A stretch of DNA of 64,000 nucleotides from Octopus vulgaris (Eukaryota): contig OX597840.1 of assembly GCA_951406725.2 (NCBI GenBank), positions 33,542,001 through 33,606,000 on the forward strand, in the 5' to 3' direction. The position numbers and the translations under genes are program-made. Below the pieces are notes generated by a model that did not search any database, had not been told where the DNA came from, and worked only from the letters and a program-made list of their open reading frames with translations. This document shows, one piece after another, positions 29,290 to 45,012 of this stretch. Each line of letters starts with the position of its first letter. The stretch's first letter is position 1.

Positions 29290-30115
29290 TGTCAGTGATT
29301 TTGTCCAAGGCGAGCCGTTTAATCTGATCTTCGATGTGGTTGAACAACCCGAGTTACGCACCCTGTCGAGAAGCGTTCCTCCAGAGGAACCCCTTTCCGG
29401 CCCCCTGTATTTGCACAGCAGCTCGAGCTTGAGGAATTAACAAACCGTTCAGCTAAGCACACCCTCGAGTAACATTAAAACAGAGGCCGTTTGGAGTATC
29501 CCCATTTTGGCCCCTTGTATACGCACAACGGTTCGGCCTGGAGAAATTCACAGACCGTTGAGCTACAGACTCTTTTGAATAACATTACTACAGTGATCGT
29601 TACTACAGTGAATAACACTACTCCAAAGGTTGTTCGGAGGCTCCCCATGTGGTCGCGACGATGTTCTATGTGGAGATGTACACTGACTGCCGAACTACGA
29701 ACCATGTCGGGTAACATTACTCCAGAGGCCGCTTGGAACATTTCTATTTCGGTCAGGAAAAAAATCACTGACGGTTAGCTAGGAAAAAAAAACATTGGCC
29801 TCTGAGCTACGTACCCGATCGAGCAACATTACTCCAGAAGCCGTTCGGAGGATTCCCATTTTGCCCACAGGTATTCACGTGGCGTCTCGACCAGAAAAAA
29901 AACATTGACCTCTGAGCTACATATCCGGTCGAGTAACACTACTCCAGAAGCCGTTCGGAGGATTCCCATTTTGCCCACAGGTATTCACGTGGCGGCTCGA
30001 CCAGGAAAAAATCATTGACCTCTGAGCTACGTACCCGGTCGAGTAACAATACTCCAGAAACCGTTCGGTGGATTCCCATTTTGCCCACAGGTATTCACGT
30101 GGCGGCCCGACAGAA
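29290..30115 (+). repeat. ~110-bp minisatellite
   Basis: tctgagctac occurs at 29801, 29911 and 30021, with more degenerate units upstream. Confidence 0.8.
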
Positions 30116-30217
30116 ACATCGATTACAGTTCAAAGTCAACAAGACTTGAGAGAGGTGAGAGCGTTCCTTGTTTCAGAGGAAAGTTACAAAAATTTAACTA
30201 ATTAAATTAAAAAGAAA

Positions 30218-30289
30218 TGCGTCAGCCGGGAGTCGAACCCGGATCGACTGCTTGGAAGGCAACCATGCTAACCGTTACACCACTGACGC
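30218..30289 (-). tRNA. tRNA-Gly (TCC)
   Basis: Identical 72-nt sequence to 17419-17490, with a downstream oligo-T. Confidence 0.95.
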
Positions 30290-30526
30290 TCGTTAGCTAC
30301 ACAAAACTAATTTTAGTTTATATTTTCTTAGAAAATAAAGAAAAATGTTTGTGAATATATATGTACACGCCCACGCCCGCGCTCATAAACACATGTATAC
30401 ACTCGCACGCATATACACACTCGCGCGCGCACGCACGTCCATATGGAAGAGGTTGAGTTTCGAAAGAGTGCATGTATGTATGTATGTATGTATGTATGTA
30501 TGTATGTATGTATGTATGTATGTGTG

Positions 30527-30557
<31 letters not shown>

Positions 30558-30797
30558 GTATGTATGTATGTATGTATGTATGTATGTATGTATGTGTGTG
30601 TGTATGTATGTATGTATGTATGTATGTATGTATGTGTGTGTGTATGTATGTATGTATGTATGTATGTATGTATGTATGTATGTATGTATATATGTATGTA
30701 TGTATGTATGTATTATGTATGTATGTATGTATGTATGTATGTATGTATATGTGTATGTATGTATGTAAGTATGTATGTATGTATGTATGTATGTATG

Positions 30798-30831
<34 letters not shown>

Positions 30832-30869
30832 TATATGTATGTATGTATGCATATATGTATGTATGTATG

Positions 30870-30903
<34 letters not shown>

Positions 30904-31252
30904 TGTATGCATATATGTATGTATGTATGTATGTATGCATGTATGTTTGTATGTATGTATGTGTGTGTGTATGTATGTATGGCACAGATGTGGAGACGGG
31001 TGCATAGATTGGAATGTAGTTTGTATTTTTTTCCTAACCCCCATACTTACCGAGAAAATCGATTAAAACTTTTCTAATGGAATTTCCCTATTCTTTCTGT
31101 CATTAAAACAATCAGTTGCTTAGAAGCTATTTTCTGACGGGGTGGAGGTCAGGAAATTCGCATATAGCTGGAAGCTCCAATTGAAACAGGGAACCCGAAA
31201 TGATAAGGTTGACAAACGCTGTTATAGATTATGCCAAACCGAAAATGATTAT

Positions 31253-31660
31253 AGGCGCAGGAGTGGCTGTGTGGTAAGTAGCTTGTTTACCAGCCACACG
31301 GTCCCGGGTTCAGTCCCACTGCGTGGAACCTTGGGCAAGTGTCTTCTACTATAGTCTCGTGCCGACCAAAGCCTTGTGAGTGGATTTGGTAGACGGAAAC
31401 TGAAAGAAGCCCGTCGTATATATGTATATATATATATATGCGTGTGTGTGTTTGTGTGTCTGTGTTTGTCCCCCTAGCATTGCTTGACAACCGATGCTGG
31501 TGTGTTTATGTCTCCGTTACTTAGCGGTTCGGCAAAAGAGACCGATAGAATAAGTACTGGGCTTACAAGAGAATAAGTCCCGGGATCGAGTTGCTCGATT
31601 AAAGGTGGTGCTCCAGCATGGCCGCAGTCAGATGACTGAAACAAGTAAAAGAGTAAAGAG
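31253..31660 (+). mobile_element. tRNA-derived SINE (family A, dominant in the window), full length
   Basis: Head ggcgcaggagtggctgtgtggtaag...ggttcagtccc, internal microsatellite, tail ctccagcatggccgcagtcagatgactgaaacaagtaaaagag. Other copies are near 1-210, 2605-3183, 10880-12003, 37195-37610, 40685-41020, 45348-45770, 49780-50150, 58635-59005, 59183-59583 and 59760-60200. Confidence 0.85.
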
Positions 31661-31759
31661 TATAGACACATCATCCAAACAGACCGGGTGAAACCGGGCT
31701 TAGCTGCTAGTAACATAGACATTAATGGTTCACTCATTATTTTACAGCTTTGATAATGG

Positions 31760-32460
31760 GTGCTGCAAAAAATCGCAATTAGAGCCATTTTACGCTACCC
31801 CTGGACAAAAAGATTGAGTTCATGGGCAGTGGCAAAAGGAATTAATGATGAAGATGACCAGGGAACTGTCAAAGAATATCTCACAGAAAAATTGGTTCCG
31901 ACATTTCAAGGAAGATAACTCCAGCTTCCATAACAAACCAAGGTCAGAGAGAGACTTTCTGTTGCGCATGATGAGGCCTTACTTGAAATGGCTGAACAAT
32001 AGCCAAGCGCAAGCACTCGTACATTGCTGGCGGAGCTTGGCCCTTCACGAAGCACCATCAAATGACATCTTTATAAGCTCAGCCTTGGGAACAAACGCTG
32101 TCGAGAAGCCCTTCATGAACTGACCAATGACCAGCTTCAAAGATGTTCGAACGTTTGTAAACATCTCTGGCCAAATCGTCCAGATGTCAGTTTTGGGTGT
32201 CGAACTGTAACTGCAGATGAAAAATGGATCTACTTTCGTAATCCCAATAAGAGAAATCAGGGGTCTCATTCCGGCCAGGCTTCAGAATCTGGTGTCAAAC
32301 AAGGGCAGTTTGAAGAGAAGGTCATGTTTGTGTGTTTGGTGGAATTTCAAGTTGGTTTAGCACTTTGAGCTTCTCCTAGATGGCCATGCTGGGAACGCTA
32401 AACTTTATGCTCAACAACAGCAGCGAGTATATGATGCTTTGAAAACCCGCTACTCAGCAT
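31760..32460 (+). pseudogene. mariner transposase fragment (5' half), degraded
   Basis: NWFRHFKEDN...KPRS, TVTADEKWIYFRNP and KVMFVC motifs. Shorter copies lie at 33898-34320 and 35515-35935. Confidence 0.8.
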
Positions 32461-32709
32461 GGTAGAGAAACTGTACTGAAGCCCGACATATGCGTGTGTG
32501 CATCTTTATATTTGCGTTTGCTATCCTCCACCGTTTGACAATCGGTGTAGGTTTGTTTACAACTTGGTAATTCAGCGCTTTGGAAAAAAGAATTCCATAG
32601 AAACGACCGAAATAAGTGAAAGATGAAGGATATTTCATTGAAATTGTGTACAGAATTACTGATTTCAGAGGAAAGTTACAAAAAATTAACTAATTAAATT
32701 AAAAAGGAA

Positions 32710-32781
32710 TGCGTCAGCCGGGAGTCGAACCCGGATCGACTGCTTGGAAGGCAACCATGCTAACCGTTACACCACTGACGC
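32710..32781 (-). tRNA. tRNA-Gly (TCC)
   Basis: Identical copy with a downstream T5. Confidence 0.95.
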
Positions 32782-34389
32782 TCGGTCGTTCCTTTCCATC
32801 AATTTTATTATATATTTTCTTAAATAATAAAGAAAAATGCTTGTGAATTTATATGTATACGCCCACGCCCACACCCGCTCATAGACACATGTATACACTC
32901 GCACGCATATACACACACTCGCGCGCGCTCGCACGTCCATAGGGAAGTGGATGAGTTTCAAAAGAGTGTATGTATGTATGTATGTATGTGTGTATGTATG
33001 TATGTATGTATGTATGTATGTATGTGTGTATGTATGTATGTGTGTATGTATGTATGTATGTATGTATGTATGTGTGTATGAATGTATGTGTGTATGTATG
33101 TATGTGTGTATGTATGTATGTTTGTATGTATGTATGTATGTATGTATGTATGTGTGTATGTATGTATGTGTGTATGAATGTATGTATGTATGTATGTATG
33201 TATGTATGTATGTATGTATGTATGTGTGTATGTATGTATGTGTGTGTGTATGTATGTATGTATGTATGTATGTATGTATGTATGTATGTATGTATGTATG
33301 TATGTTTGTATGTATGTGTGTATGTATGTATGTATGTATGTGTATGTATGTATGCATGTATGTATGTATGTGTGCTCCGTATATGTATTCGTATGCGTGT
33401 GGTGTCGGAGCAGGCGAGAGATTTCTTTGGGAAGCTTTCAAGAATTATGTCCTTCCATGGAAAGGAACTTTGATGACGTGCAATTCTTGTGACCTACTTT
33501 TACCATTCTTACAACACAGCTCCTTCTCCCCTCACTTTCTCTCTTTTCTTTTCTTTGTCAATCTGTCGATCTGTCTGTCTGTCTGTCTCTCTTTACGCGC
33601 GCGCTCACGCACACAGACACAGACATAGACGCACACTCACACACACACACAAAATAATACGATCTTACTTATTTTACTGATTCCACGATTAAAAAATCAT
33701 TCCGGAAATTTCCACTTAGACAAACGGTTTCTGGCGAGGAAAAGTGTCCACTTATATGCATTCTTCTAAGTCCATATCTGCCAAAGTTTTGATTGAGGAT
33801 ATGTCTATTCATGATGATGATGGCTGCCGCCTTTGTGAGCAAGGAAGACCATCGCTGACCATTAAGCACATTGTGCACTCAGCCATAATTATACTGAAGC
33901 CCTTCACGAAGCACCATCGAATGACATCTTTATAAATCAGCTTTGTGGACAGACGCTGTCGAGAAGCCCTTAATGAACTGACCAATGACCAGCTTCAAAG
34001 ACGTTTGGACGTTTGTTAACAACTCTGGCCAAATCGTCCAGATGTCAGTTTTGGGCGTCGAACTGTAACTGGAGATGAAAAATGGATCTATTTTCGTAAT
34101 CCTAATAAGAGAAATGAGGGGTCTCATTCCGGCCAGGTTTCAGAATCTGTTGTCAAACAAGGGCAGTTTGAACAGAAGGTTATGTTTGTGTGTCTGTTGG
34201 AATTTCAAGTTGGTGTAGCACTTTGAGCTTCTCCTAGATGGCCATGCTGGGAACGCTAAACTTTGTGCAAAACAACAGCAGCGAGTATATGATGCTTTGA
34301 AAACCCGCTACTCAGCATTTGTAGGGAAACTATACTGAAGCCCGTCATATGTGTGTGTGTGTGTGTGCGTGTATGTGTGTGTGCGTGTG

Positions 34390-34424
<35 letters not shown>

Positions 34425-34425
34425 T

Positions 34426-34464
<39 letters not shown>

Positions 34465-34672
34465 ATCTTTATATTTGCGTTTGCTATCCTCCACCGTTTG
34501 ACAATCGGTGTAGGTTTGTTTACGACCTCGCAATTCAGCGCTTCGAAAAATAGAATTCCATAGAAATGACTGAAATAAGTGTAAGATGGAGGATATTTCA
34601 TTGAAATTGTGTACAGAATTACTGATTTCAGTGGAAAGTTACAAAAAATTAACTAATTAAATTAAAAAGAAA

Positions 34673-34744
34673 TGCGTCAGCCGGGAGTCGAACCCGGATC
34701 GACTGCTTGGAAGGCAACCATGCTAACCGTTACACCACTGACGC
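34673..34744 (-). tRNA. tRNA-Gly (TCC)
   Basis: Identical copy with a downstream T5. Confidence 0.95.
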
Positions 34745-35961
34745 TCGACGGTTCCTTCCAACCAATTTTGGTATATATTTTCTTAAATAATAAAGAAAAA
34801 TGCTTGTGAATATATACGTATACGCCCACGCCCGAGCTCATAGACACATGTATACACACGCACGTCCATAGGGAAGAGGTTGAGTTTCGAAAGAATGTAC
34901 GTATGTATGTATGTATGAATGTATGTATGTATGTGCATGTGCGTTGAGGTCTGTAAGTGTGGTCTATATATGTATTCGTCTGCGTGTGGTGTCGGAGCAG
35001 GCGAGAGATTTCTTTGGGAAACTTTCAAGAATTATGTCAATGCCACGGAAAAGAACCTTGATGACGTGCAATTCTTGTGACCTACTTTTACCATTCTTAC
35101 GACACAGCTCACTCTCAACTCACTTTCTCTCACTTTCTTTTCTCTGTCAATCTGTCTGTCTCTCTGTCTCTCCCTCCCTCTCTCACTCTCTCTCTATCTC
35201 TCTCTCTCTCTCTACGCGCGCAGACACGCACACAGACACAGACATAGACACACACACACACACACAAAATAATATGATCTTACTTATTTTACTGATTCCA
35301 CGATTCAAAATTTTTTCCGGAAATTTCAACTTATACAAACGGTTTCTGGTGAGGAAAAGTGTCCACTTATATGCATTCTTCTAAGTCCATATCTGCCAAA
35401 GTTTTGATTGAGGACATGTATATTCATAATGATGATGGCTGCCCCCTTTGTGAGCGAGGAAGACCATCGCTGACACATTAAGCACATAGTGCACTCAGAC
35501 ATAATTATACTGAAGCCCTTCATGAAGAACCATCAAATGACATCTTTATAAGCTCAGCCTTGGGAACAGACGCTGTCGAGAAGCCCTTCATGAACTGACC
35601 AATGACCAGCTTCAAAGACGTTTAGACGTTTGTTAACAACTCTGGCCAAATCGTCCAGATGTCAGTTTTGGGCGTCGAACTGTAACTGCAGATGAAAAAT
35701 GGATCTATTTTCGTAATCCTAATAAGAGAAATCAGTGGTTCCATTCCGGCCAGGCTTCAGTATCTGTTGTCAAACAAGGGCAGTTTGAAGAGAAGGTCAT
35801 GTTTGTGTGTTTGGTGGAATTTCAAACTGGTGTAGCACTTTGAGCTTCTCCGAGATGGCCATGTTGGGAACGCTAAACTTTATGCAAAACAACAGCAGCG
35901 AGTATATGATGCTTTGAAAATCCGCTACTCATCATTGGTTGAGAAACTGTACTGAAGCCCG

Positions 35962-35994
<33 letters not shown>

Positions 35995-36203
35995 TCTTTA
36001 TATTTGCGTTTGCTATCCTCCACCGTTTGACAATCGGTGTAAGTTTGTTTACGACCTCGCAATTCAGCGCTTCGAAAAATAGAATTCCATAGAAATGACT
36101 GAAATAAGTGTAAGATGGAGGATATTTCATTGAAATTGTGTACAGAATTACTGATTTCAGAGGAAAGTTACAAAAAATTAACTAATTAAATTAAAAAAAG
36201 AAA

Positions 36204-36275
36204 TGCGTCAGCCGGGAGTCGAACCCGGATCGACTGCTTGGAAGGCAACCATGCTAACCGTTACACCACTGACGC
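36204..36275 (-). tRNA. tRNA-Gly (TCC)
   Basis: Identical copy with a downstream T7. Confidence 0.95.
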
Positions 36276-37604
36276 TCGACGGTTCCTTCCAACCAATTTT
36301 GTTATATATTTTCTTAAATAATAAAGAAAAATGCTTGTGAATATATACGTATACGCCCACGCCCGAGCTCATAGACACATGTATACACTCGCACGCATAC
36401 ACCCACGCCCGAGCTCATAGACACATGTATACACTCGCACGCATACACCCACACTCGTGCGCACGCACGTACATAGGGAAGAGGTTGAGTTTCGAAAGAG
36501 TGTATGTATGTATGTATGTTTGCATGTATGTATGTGCATGTGCGTTGAGGTCTGTAAGTGTGGTCCGTATATGTATTCGTATGCGTGTGGTGTCGGAGCA
36601 GGCGAGAGATTTCTTTGGGAAGCTTTCAAGAATTATGTCAATGCCACGGAAAAGAACCTTGATGACGTGCAATTCCTGTGACCTACTTTTACCATTCTTA
36701 CAACACAGCTCACTCTCCCCTCACTTTCTCTCTTTTCTTTTCTTTGTCAATCTGTCGATCTGTCTGTCTGTCTCTCTCTCTCTCTTTACGCGCGCGCACA
36801 CGCACACAGACACAGACATAGACGCACACTCACACACACACACAAAATAATATGATCTTACTTATTTTACTGATTCCACGATTAAAAAATCATTCCGGAA
36901 ATTTCAACTTATACAAACGGTTTCTGGTGAGGAAAAGTGTCCACTTATATGCATTCTTCTAAGTCCATATCTGCCAAAGTTTTGATTGAGGATATGTCTA
37001 TTCATGATGATGATGGCTGTCCCCTTTGTGAGCGAGGAAGACCATCGCAGACCATTAAGCACATTGTGCACTCAGACATGAGTATACTTTACACTTGTGA
37101 ACTTACTGGTGACTGATGAGCCCACCCTTGAGAAACACACACGTCCGCGTCTATAGCTGACCAAACTGTTCACATTCACGCCTACTAAATCAGTAGGCAC
37201 AGGAGTGGCTGTGTGGTAAGTAGCTTGTTTACCAGCCACATGGTTCCGGGTTCAGTCCCACTGCGTGGTACCTTGGGCAAGTGTCTTCTACTATAGCCTC
37301 GGGCCGACCAAAGCCTTGTGAGTGGATTTTGTAGACGGAAACTGAAAGAAGCCCGTCGTATATATGTATATACATATATATATATGCGTGTGTGTGTTTG
37401 TGTGTCAGTGTTTGTCTCCCTAGCATTGCTTGACAACCGATGCTGGTGTGTTTATGTCCCCGTTACTTAGTGGTTCGGCAAAAGAGGCCGATAGAATAAG
37501 TACTGGGCTTACAAAAGAATAAGTCCCGGGGTCGAGTTGCTCGATTAAAGGCGGTGCTCCAGTATGGCCGCAGTCAAATGACTGAAACAAGTAAAAGAGT
37601 AAAA

Positions 37605-39570
<1,966 letters not shown>

Positions 39571-40129
39571 CAGTCCAGAGGAATATAATTTGCAGTATGC
39601 AGTCCTGCAAATTATATTCCTTTGGACGGTCGTACCGATGATCTACGGATATTTATGTAAGTAAATTTACGTAATTTGTTAATAGTGAAACATGAATGCG
39701 AATAATCCATATTTTTATTGCTTTTTCTTTTGTCTTGCTCGATTACGTTTTGGTTGTTTTGCTGAATTTTTCTTGAGAACATTTCTTAGTGGTGAGACCA
39801 TAGCGGATCTATTTCTAGCATAAGGGGGTGTCCACATAGTGGTTTCCCCCTAATATATATGTATATATGTATATATATATATTTATATATATATATAAGC
39901 ACTCTGATATGATCAATGGAACAGCTTGCTCGTGAAATTAACATGCATGTGGCTGAGCACTCCGCAGACACGTGTACCCTTAACGTAGTTCTCAGGGACA
40001 TTTAGCGTGACACAGAGTGTGACAAGGCTGGCCTTTTGAAATACAGGTACAACTAAATTTTGCCAGCCGAGTGGACTGGAGTAACATGAAGTAAAGTGTC
40101 TTGTTTTTTCGTTCCTCTATCTTTTACAC

Positions 40130-40331
40130 CAGTGCTTTTCAAACTTTTTTGCTGGAGCAGAACCCCAAGGAAACATTCCACTGGCCCGAGGAACCCCTGT
40201 GCAATAATTTAATAGTTTTATGCACACATATCTGCACAGGAGACTTAAAAATTACTGCCGATTTTAGCAGTTTTGTAATTTCTTGCGGAACCCCTGGACT
40301 GTACTGGCGGAACCCTGGTTGAAAACCACTG
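40130..40331. mobile_element. hAT-type MITE
   Basis: TIRs cagtgcttttcaa / ttgaaaaccactg with a perfect 8-bp TSD TTTTACAC on both sides. Confidence 0.85.
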
Positions 40332-40544
40332 TTTTACACTATAATACCTTTCTCTCTCTATCCCCTACTTTCAAATTATCTCCACTGACCACTGACCAGC
40401 CTATATCTTAATTTTTCTTTTTTTTCCCTTTTCCCTTTATTCATATTTTCAGGGATTTTATTCTTTATTGCATTTGTTGTTATTTTTACTAATCTTCTTT
40501 CTTCTTTCTCTTTCATTCTTTCTTTCTCTCCTCCTTTCTCTCCA

Positions 40545-40575
<31 letters not shown>

Positions 40576-41162
40576 TCCTTCCTCTCTTCTTGTTTTCAAT
40601 TTAACCATATTAATAAACTCCCTATTTCTAGGTCAGCAATACTCGACAACCCACGTAGGCAAAGAGAAAAAAAAAATAACGAATTCCGGGTTCAGTCCTA
40701 CTGCGTGGCACCTTGGGCAAGTGTCTTCTACTATAGCCTCAGGCCGACCAAAGCCTTGTGAGTGGATTTGGTAGACGGAAACTGAAAGAAGCCCGTCGTA
40801 TATATGTATGTATATGTGTATATGTTTGTCCCCCCAACATCGCTTGACAACCGATGCTGTTGTGTTTACGTCCCCGTAACTTAGCAGTTCGGCAAAAGAA
40901 ACCGATAGAATAAGTACTAGGCTTACAAAGAATAAGGCCTGCGGTCGATTTGCTCGACTGAAGGCGGTGCTTCAACATGGCCGCAGTCAAATGACTGAAA
41001 CACGTAAAAGAGTAAAAGAGTATATATTTATATATATATATATACAGATAGATATATATATATATATACATACATACACACACGCACGCGCGCGCGCGCG
41101 CACTCACGTATAATACATATCTTTTCAGATATCATCAGAAAAAGGTAATAAAAATCATTACA

Positions 41163-42250
41163 ATGACAGATCTATCGGACTTTCAAAGAGGTCAAATTGT
41201 TGGTGCTCGTATGACAGGCGTTAGCGTAACGAAAACAGCCGAAATGTTTGGTGTATCAAGAAGTACTGTATCGAAAGTAATGAAAGCCTTTGAGAAAGAG
41301 GGAAAAACCTCCTCGTCGAAACAAAACTCAGGAAGAAAACCAATACTTTCAGATAGGGACCGTCGGACTCTAACGCGAATTGTTAGAAAGGATTACAAAA
41401 GTACAGCTCCCAAAATTACTGCAGAGCTTAATGACCACCTAGGGAACCCAGATTGCCCCCCCCCCCCCAAAAAAGGGAGTCGTACAAAGCTGGATTTTAC
41501 GGGAGGGCTGCCATCAGAAAACCGCTACTTTCAAAAACAAATGTTGCAAAGCGTTTAGAGTGGAGTAAAAACCTACAGAATTAGTCCCTAGAGCAGTGGA
41601 AGAATGTTATTTTCTCAGACGAATCATCCTTTACCTTATTTCCGACCACCGGCCGAATATAGGTGTAGAGATAGCCAAAAGAAGCATTTGACCCAGACTG
41701 CCTTCTTCCAACTGTTAAACATGGAGAAGGATCTGTGATGATCTGGGAGGGCTATATCTTGGAAATCCACCGGCCCAATGGTTTCCCTTCATTGCAGAAT
41801 TAATAGACAAGACCATTTAAGCATTTTATCTGATCAAATTTATCCTATGGTTGCGGAACTGTTTCTGGAGGGAAACGCAATCTTTCAGGATGATAATGCA
41901 CCAATTCACACAGCTAAAGTTGTTACTGAATGATACGAGGAGCATTCTAGTGAAGTTGAACATTTTATCTGGCCTCCACAGACCCCAGCTCTCAATATTA
42001 TTGAACATTTATGGTGCATTTTAGAAAAACAAGTAAGGAGTCGATATCCTCCACCATCATCACTACAAGAACTGGAAATTGTTTTAGCTGAAGAATGGAC
42101 AAAAATTCCTTTGGAAACAATTCAAACTTTGTACGAGTCCATACCTTATAGACTTCAAGCTGTAATTACTGCCAAAGGTAGTCCTACCCTATTTTAAAAT
42201 AAATTTGTTTGAAATTTTAATCTATTTCCATTATTTTATCCAAACCCTCT
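41163..42250 (+). pseudogene. Tc1-family transposase pseudogene
   Basis: HTH region MTDLSDFQRGQIVGARMTG...SGRKP, then VIFSDES, IFQDDNAPIHTAK and WPPQTPALNIIEHLW, with frameshifts and stops. Confidence 0.9.
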
Positions 42251-42488
42251 ATGTATATATTTGTGAATATTTATATATACGTATATTAGTATATGTACAT
42301 ATTCTCACATATACATAGATATGTTTATGTATATCTGCTTTATATATATATATATATAAATATACATCAGAAATAATTGAGATTCAGTTGAATTAGATAC
42401 TTAAGTTGAAATACCAAGTCAGTGTTATCCGCACAGCTCGAAGTAAGGTGAATAAAATCAAAATAAGCAACAGGATATCGGGTAATGA

Positions 42489-42577
42489 TGCAGTACGACC
42501 GTTTCAAGCGACTCCATTTAATTGAACAATGCAATCATTACAACGTCAATTTAAATGAAGTGCCATCTTCAGCTGCA
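42489..42577 (-). ncRNA. Type I hammerhead ribozyme, canonical core, long stem II
   Basis: TGCAG-CTGAAGA-TGGCACTTCATTTAAATTGA...TCAATTAAATGGAGTCGCTT-GAAA-CGGTCG-TA-CTGCA. Confidence 0.8.
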
Positions 42578-42773
42578 CAAATAAATAAATAGAATTTTAA
42601 CCAGTTGGACACATTAATATAATTTTTCTCAAATAGTTTAACAGAGCAAGGAGATGGAAGAAATTCATGTTGTTGCTATTGTACCCCCTTCCTCCCCGAT
42701 ACACTTCCCCTTCGCCCTCACACCAACCCTTCCGTTACTCCAACTCCTCACTCATTCCTCCTCTCTCTCCTCT

Positions 42774-42825
<52 letters not shown>

Positions 42826-43246
42826 GACAAATATATATGGCCCAGTGGTTAGGGCAGCGGACTCGCGGTCGGAGGATCGCGGTTTCGATTCCCAGACCGG
42901 GCGTTGTGAGTGCGAAAACACCTAAAAGCTCCACGAGTCTCCGGCAGGGGGTGGTGGCAGTCCCTACTGTACTCTTTCGCCACAACTTTCTCTCACTCTT
43001 TCTTCTGTTGGCCTGCTCGCTTAGCCAGCTGGGTGGCGTCATTTGAAGGTTAAAACAATGCGACCGCATTGTGACCAGCGATGTGTAACTACATCTGATG
43101 GACTGGTCGGTCACGTGATCACGTGATATATATATGTATATATACATAATCTTGGGTAATAAAACGAATGGTTTACACCTGGTAGCTTATTGTATATTTT
43201 CATTTTCTATACATACATACATATAAACATACATACATACATACAT

Positions 43247-43283
<37 letters not shown>

Positions 43284-43551
43284 CATACATATATACCTAG
43301 TGGTTGTCTAGTCTTTATGCAGAGTTTCACCACCTCCCTGTACCTACACCTTCAAACTATCATGGCGTCTGATGTGGCTTTTTAAACCAGACAATGTTCT
43401 GAAAAGACACCCACATAGATTGCATATCCGGTTTCGACCACCAAGAGGCTGCAGTTAAGTTCTGATCTTTGTGGATCTTGAAATGTCTTTTGAGGATTCC
43501 GTTAGGTTCGCAGACCTTATGATGTCTGAGTGTGTGAGAGTGTGTGTGCGC

Positions 43552-43592
<41 letters not shown>

Positions 43593-44034
43593 CATACCTA
43601 TGAGTCCTACTGAAACTAGTGGTAGCAGCATTTTTAGAATTCAACAATTTGCTTCTTTTTTTCACTTTTTCTCTTCTTTGCTTACTATTTTTGCTGTTGT
43701 TGTTGTCGTTGTTGTTGTTGGTCTTACCAATTTAAGCCTCTTTGCTTCGTTTGCCCCTTTTTTTTATTCCAATACTCTGGTATTCCTGCTCTGTATACAC
43801 GACTTTGGTGTACACCGTCTTCAGTTGGTCGCCAGAATAAACGAAATGTGTGAAAAGCGCTAGTTTTTTTTTCTATTGGTGTATGTATGTATGTATGTAT
43901 GTATGTATGTATGTATGCATGTATGTATGTATGTATGTGTGTATGTATGTATGTATGCATGTATGCATGTATGTGTGTATGCTTGTATGCGTTTTTGTGT
44001 CTGTATGTGTTTGTGTACGTCTGTTTGTATGCAA

Positions 44035-44065
<31 letters not shown>

Positions 44066-44252
44066 TGTTTGTATGTTTGTTTGTATGTATGTGTGTATGT
44101 ATGTAATATGTGTATATGTTTGTGTGTATGTGTTTCACTGTATTTCAGTATATATATTTATGCCGTTTTCTTTAAATCTCTCCCGTCTCTCACTTCTCAC
44201 TCTCTCTCTCTTTCTCTCTCCCTCTTTCTCTCACTTTATCTCCCTCTTTCTA

Positions 44253-44319
<67 letters not shown>

Positions 44320-44529
44320 ACCTTTCTTCGTTTCTTCCTCTGTTTTTCTCTTTCATTGTGACGTGGCTTTTTTATTTTGTGACGAAACAACTCTTAGTAA
44401 ACTCGAAAGAGCGTCGGACAAAATATTCTCCTTGGTGTAATAATCTAAATTCCTGAATGAAATCTTTATTAAGATCACTACGGATACAAACATAGAAAGG
44501 GGATGAATGATAATAATAAAAATTTACTT

Positions 44530-44795
44530 ATATAAAAATTTTTTAAATAATTAATTTTAAAACTTTTCACAAGAACTTTTTTTTCCAAAACAAAACCCAT
44601 AAACAGAAAAATAAAGAATATGAAACAGAAAAACGTGACCCCGGCAGCCTATAAGGCCCAGCAGCTCCCTTTTCCTTTCTTATCACATCCTTCCATCTTT
44701 TCTCGTATTCACTCGGCGGCAGGGTCCTCTTTTTCAACCCCATCTTGCTCTTCAGATGGTATTTGAAGTAAGATAGTAAGAACACGCTGTGGCCA
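44530..44795 (-). mobile_element. Tx1/L1-like 3' fragment
   Basis: LSYFKYHLKSKM...EYEKRWKDV followed by a T-rich UTR. The family assignment is from memory. Confidence 0.45.
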
Positions 44796-44879
44796 TGATG
44801 GGGCACCGCTTTTAGCATGGCCACAGTCAAATGACTGAAACAAGTAAAAGAGAGTAAAAAGAGATACGTATTCTTTTAT

Positions 44880-45012
44880 CACCATCAAGAGTGATACCGG
44901 AATGGACATGGCCAATCTGAAAGAAGCGGCCCAGGATAGAACTGACTGGAGGACACTGATCCAACGAGTGACCGAGAGTTGACTTCGACTGAGCGGAAAG
45001 ATAGATAGATAG
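44880..45012 (+). mobile_element. RTE LINE 3' end
   Basis: TIKSDTGMDMANLKEAAQDRTDWRTLIQRVT followed by a (GATA)n tail. Confidence 0.65.

Noticed and set aside
29780-30115. Regular repeats resembling a CRISPR array
   Set aside because: Whole units repeat without unique spacers, in a eukaryotic context with no cas genes.
37108-37150. CTGATGA...GAAAC hammerhead-like words
   Set aside because: No stem I or stem II pairing.
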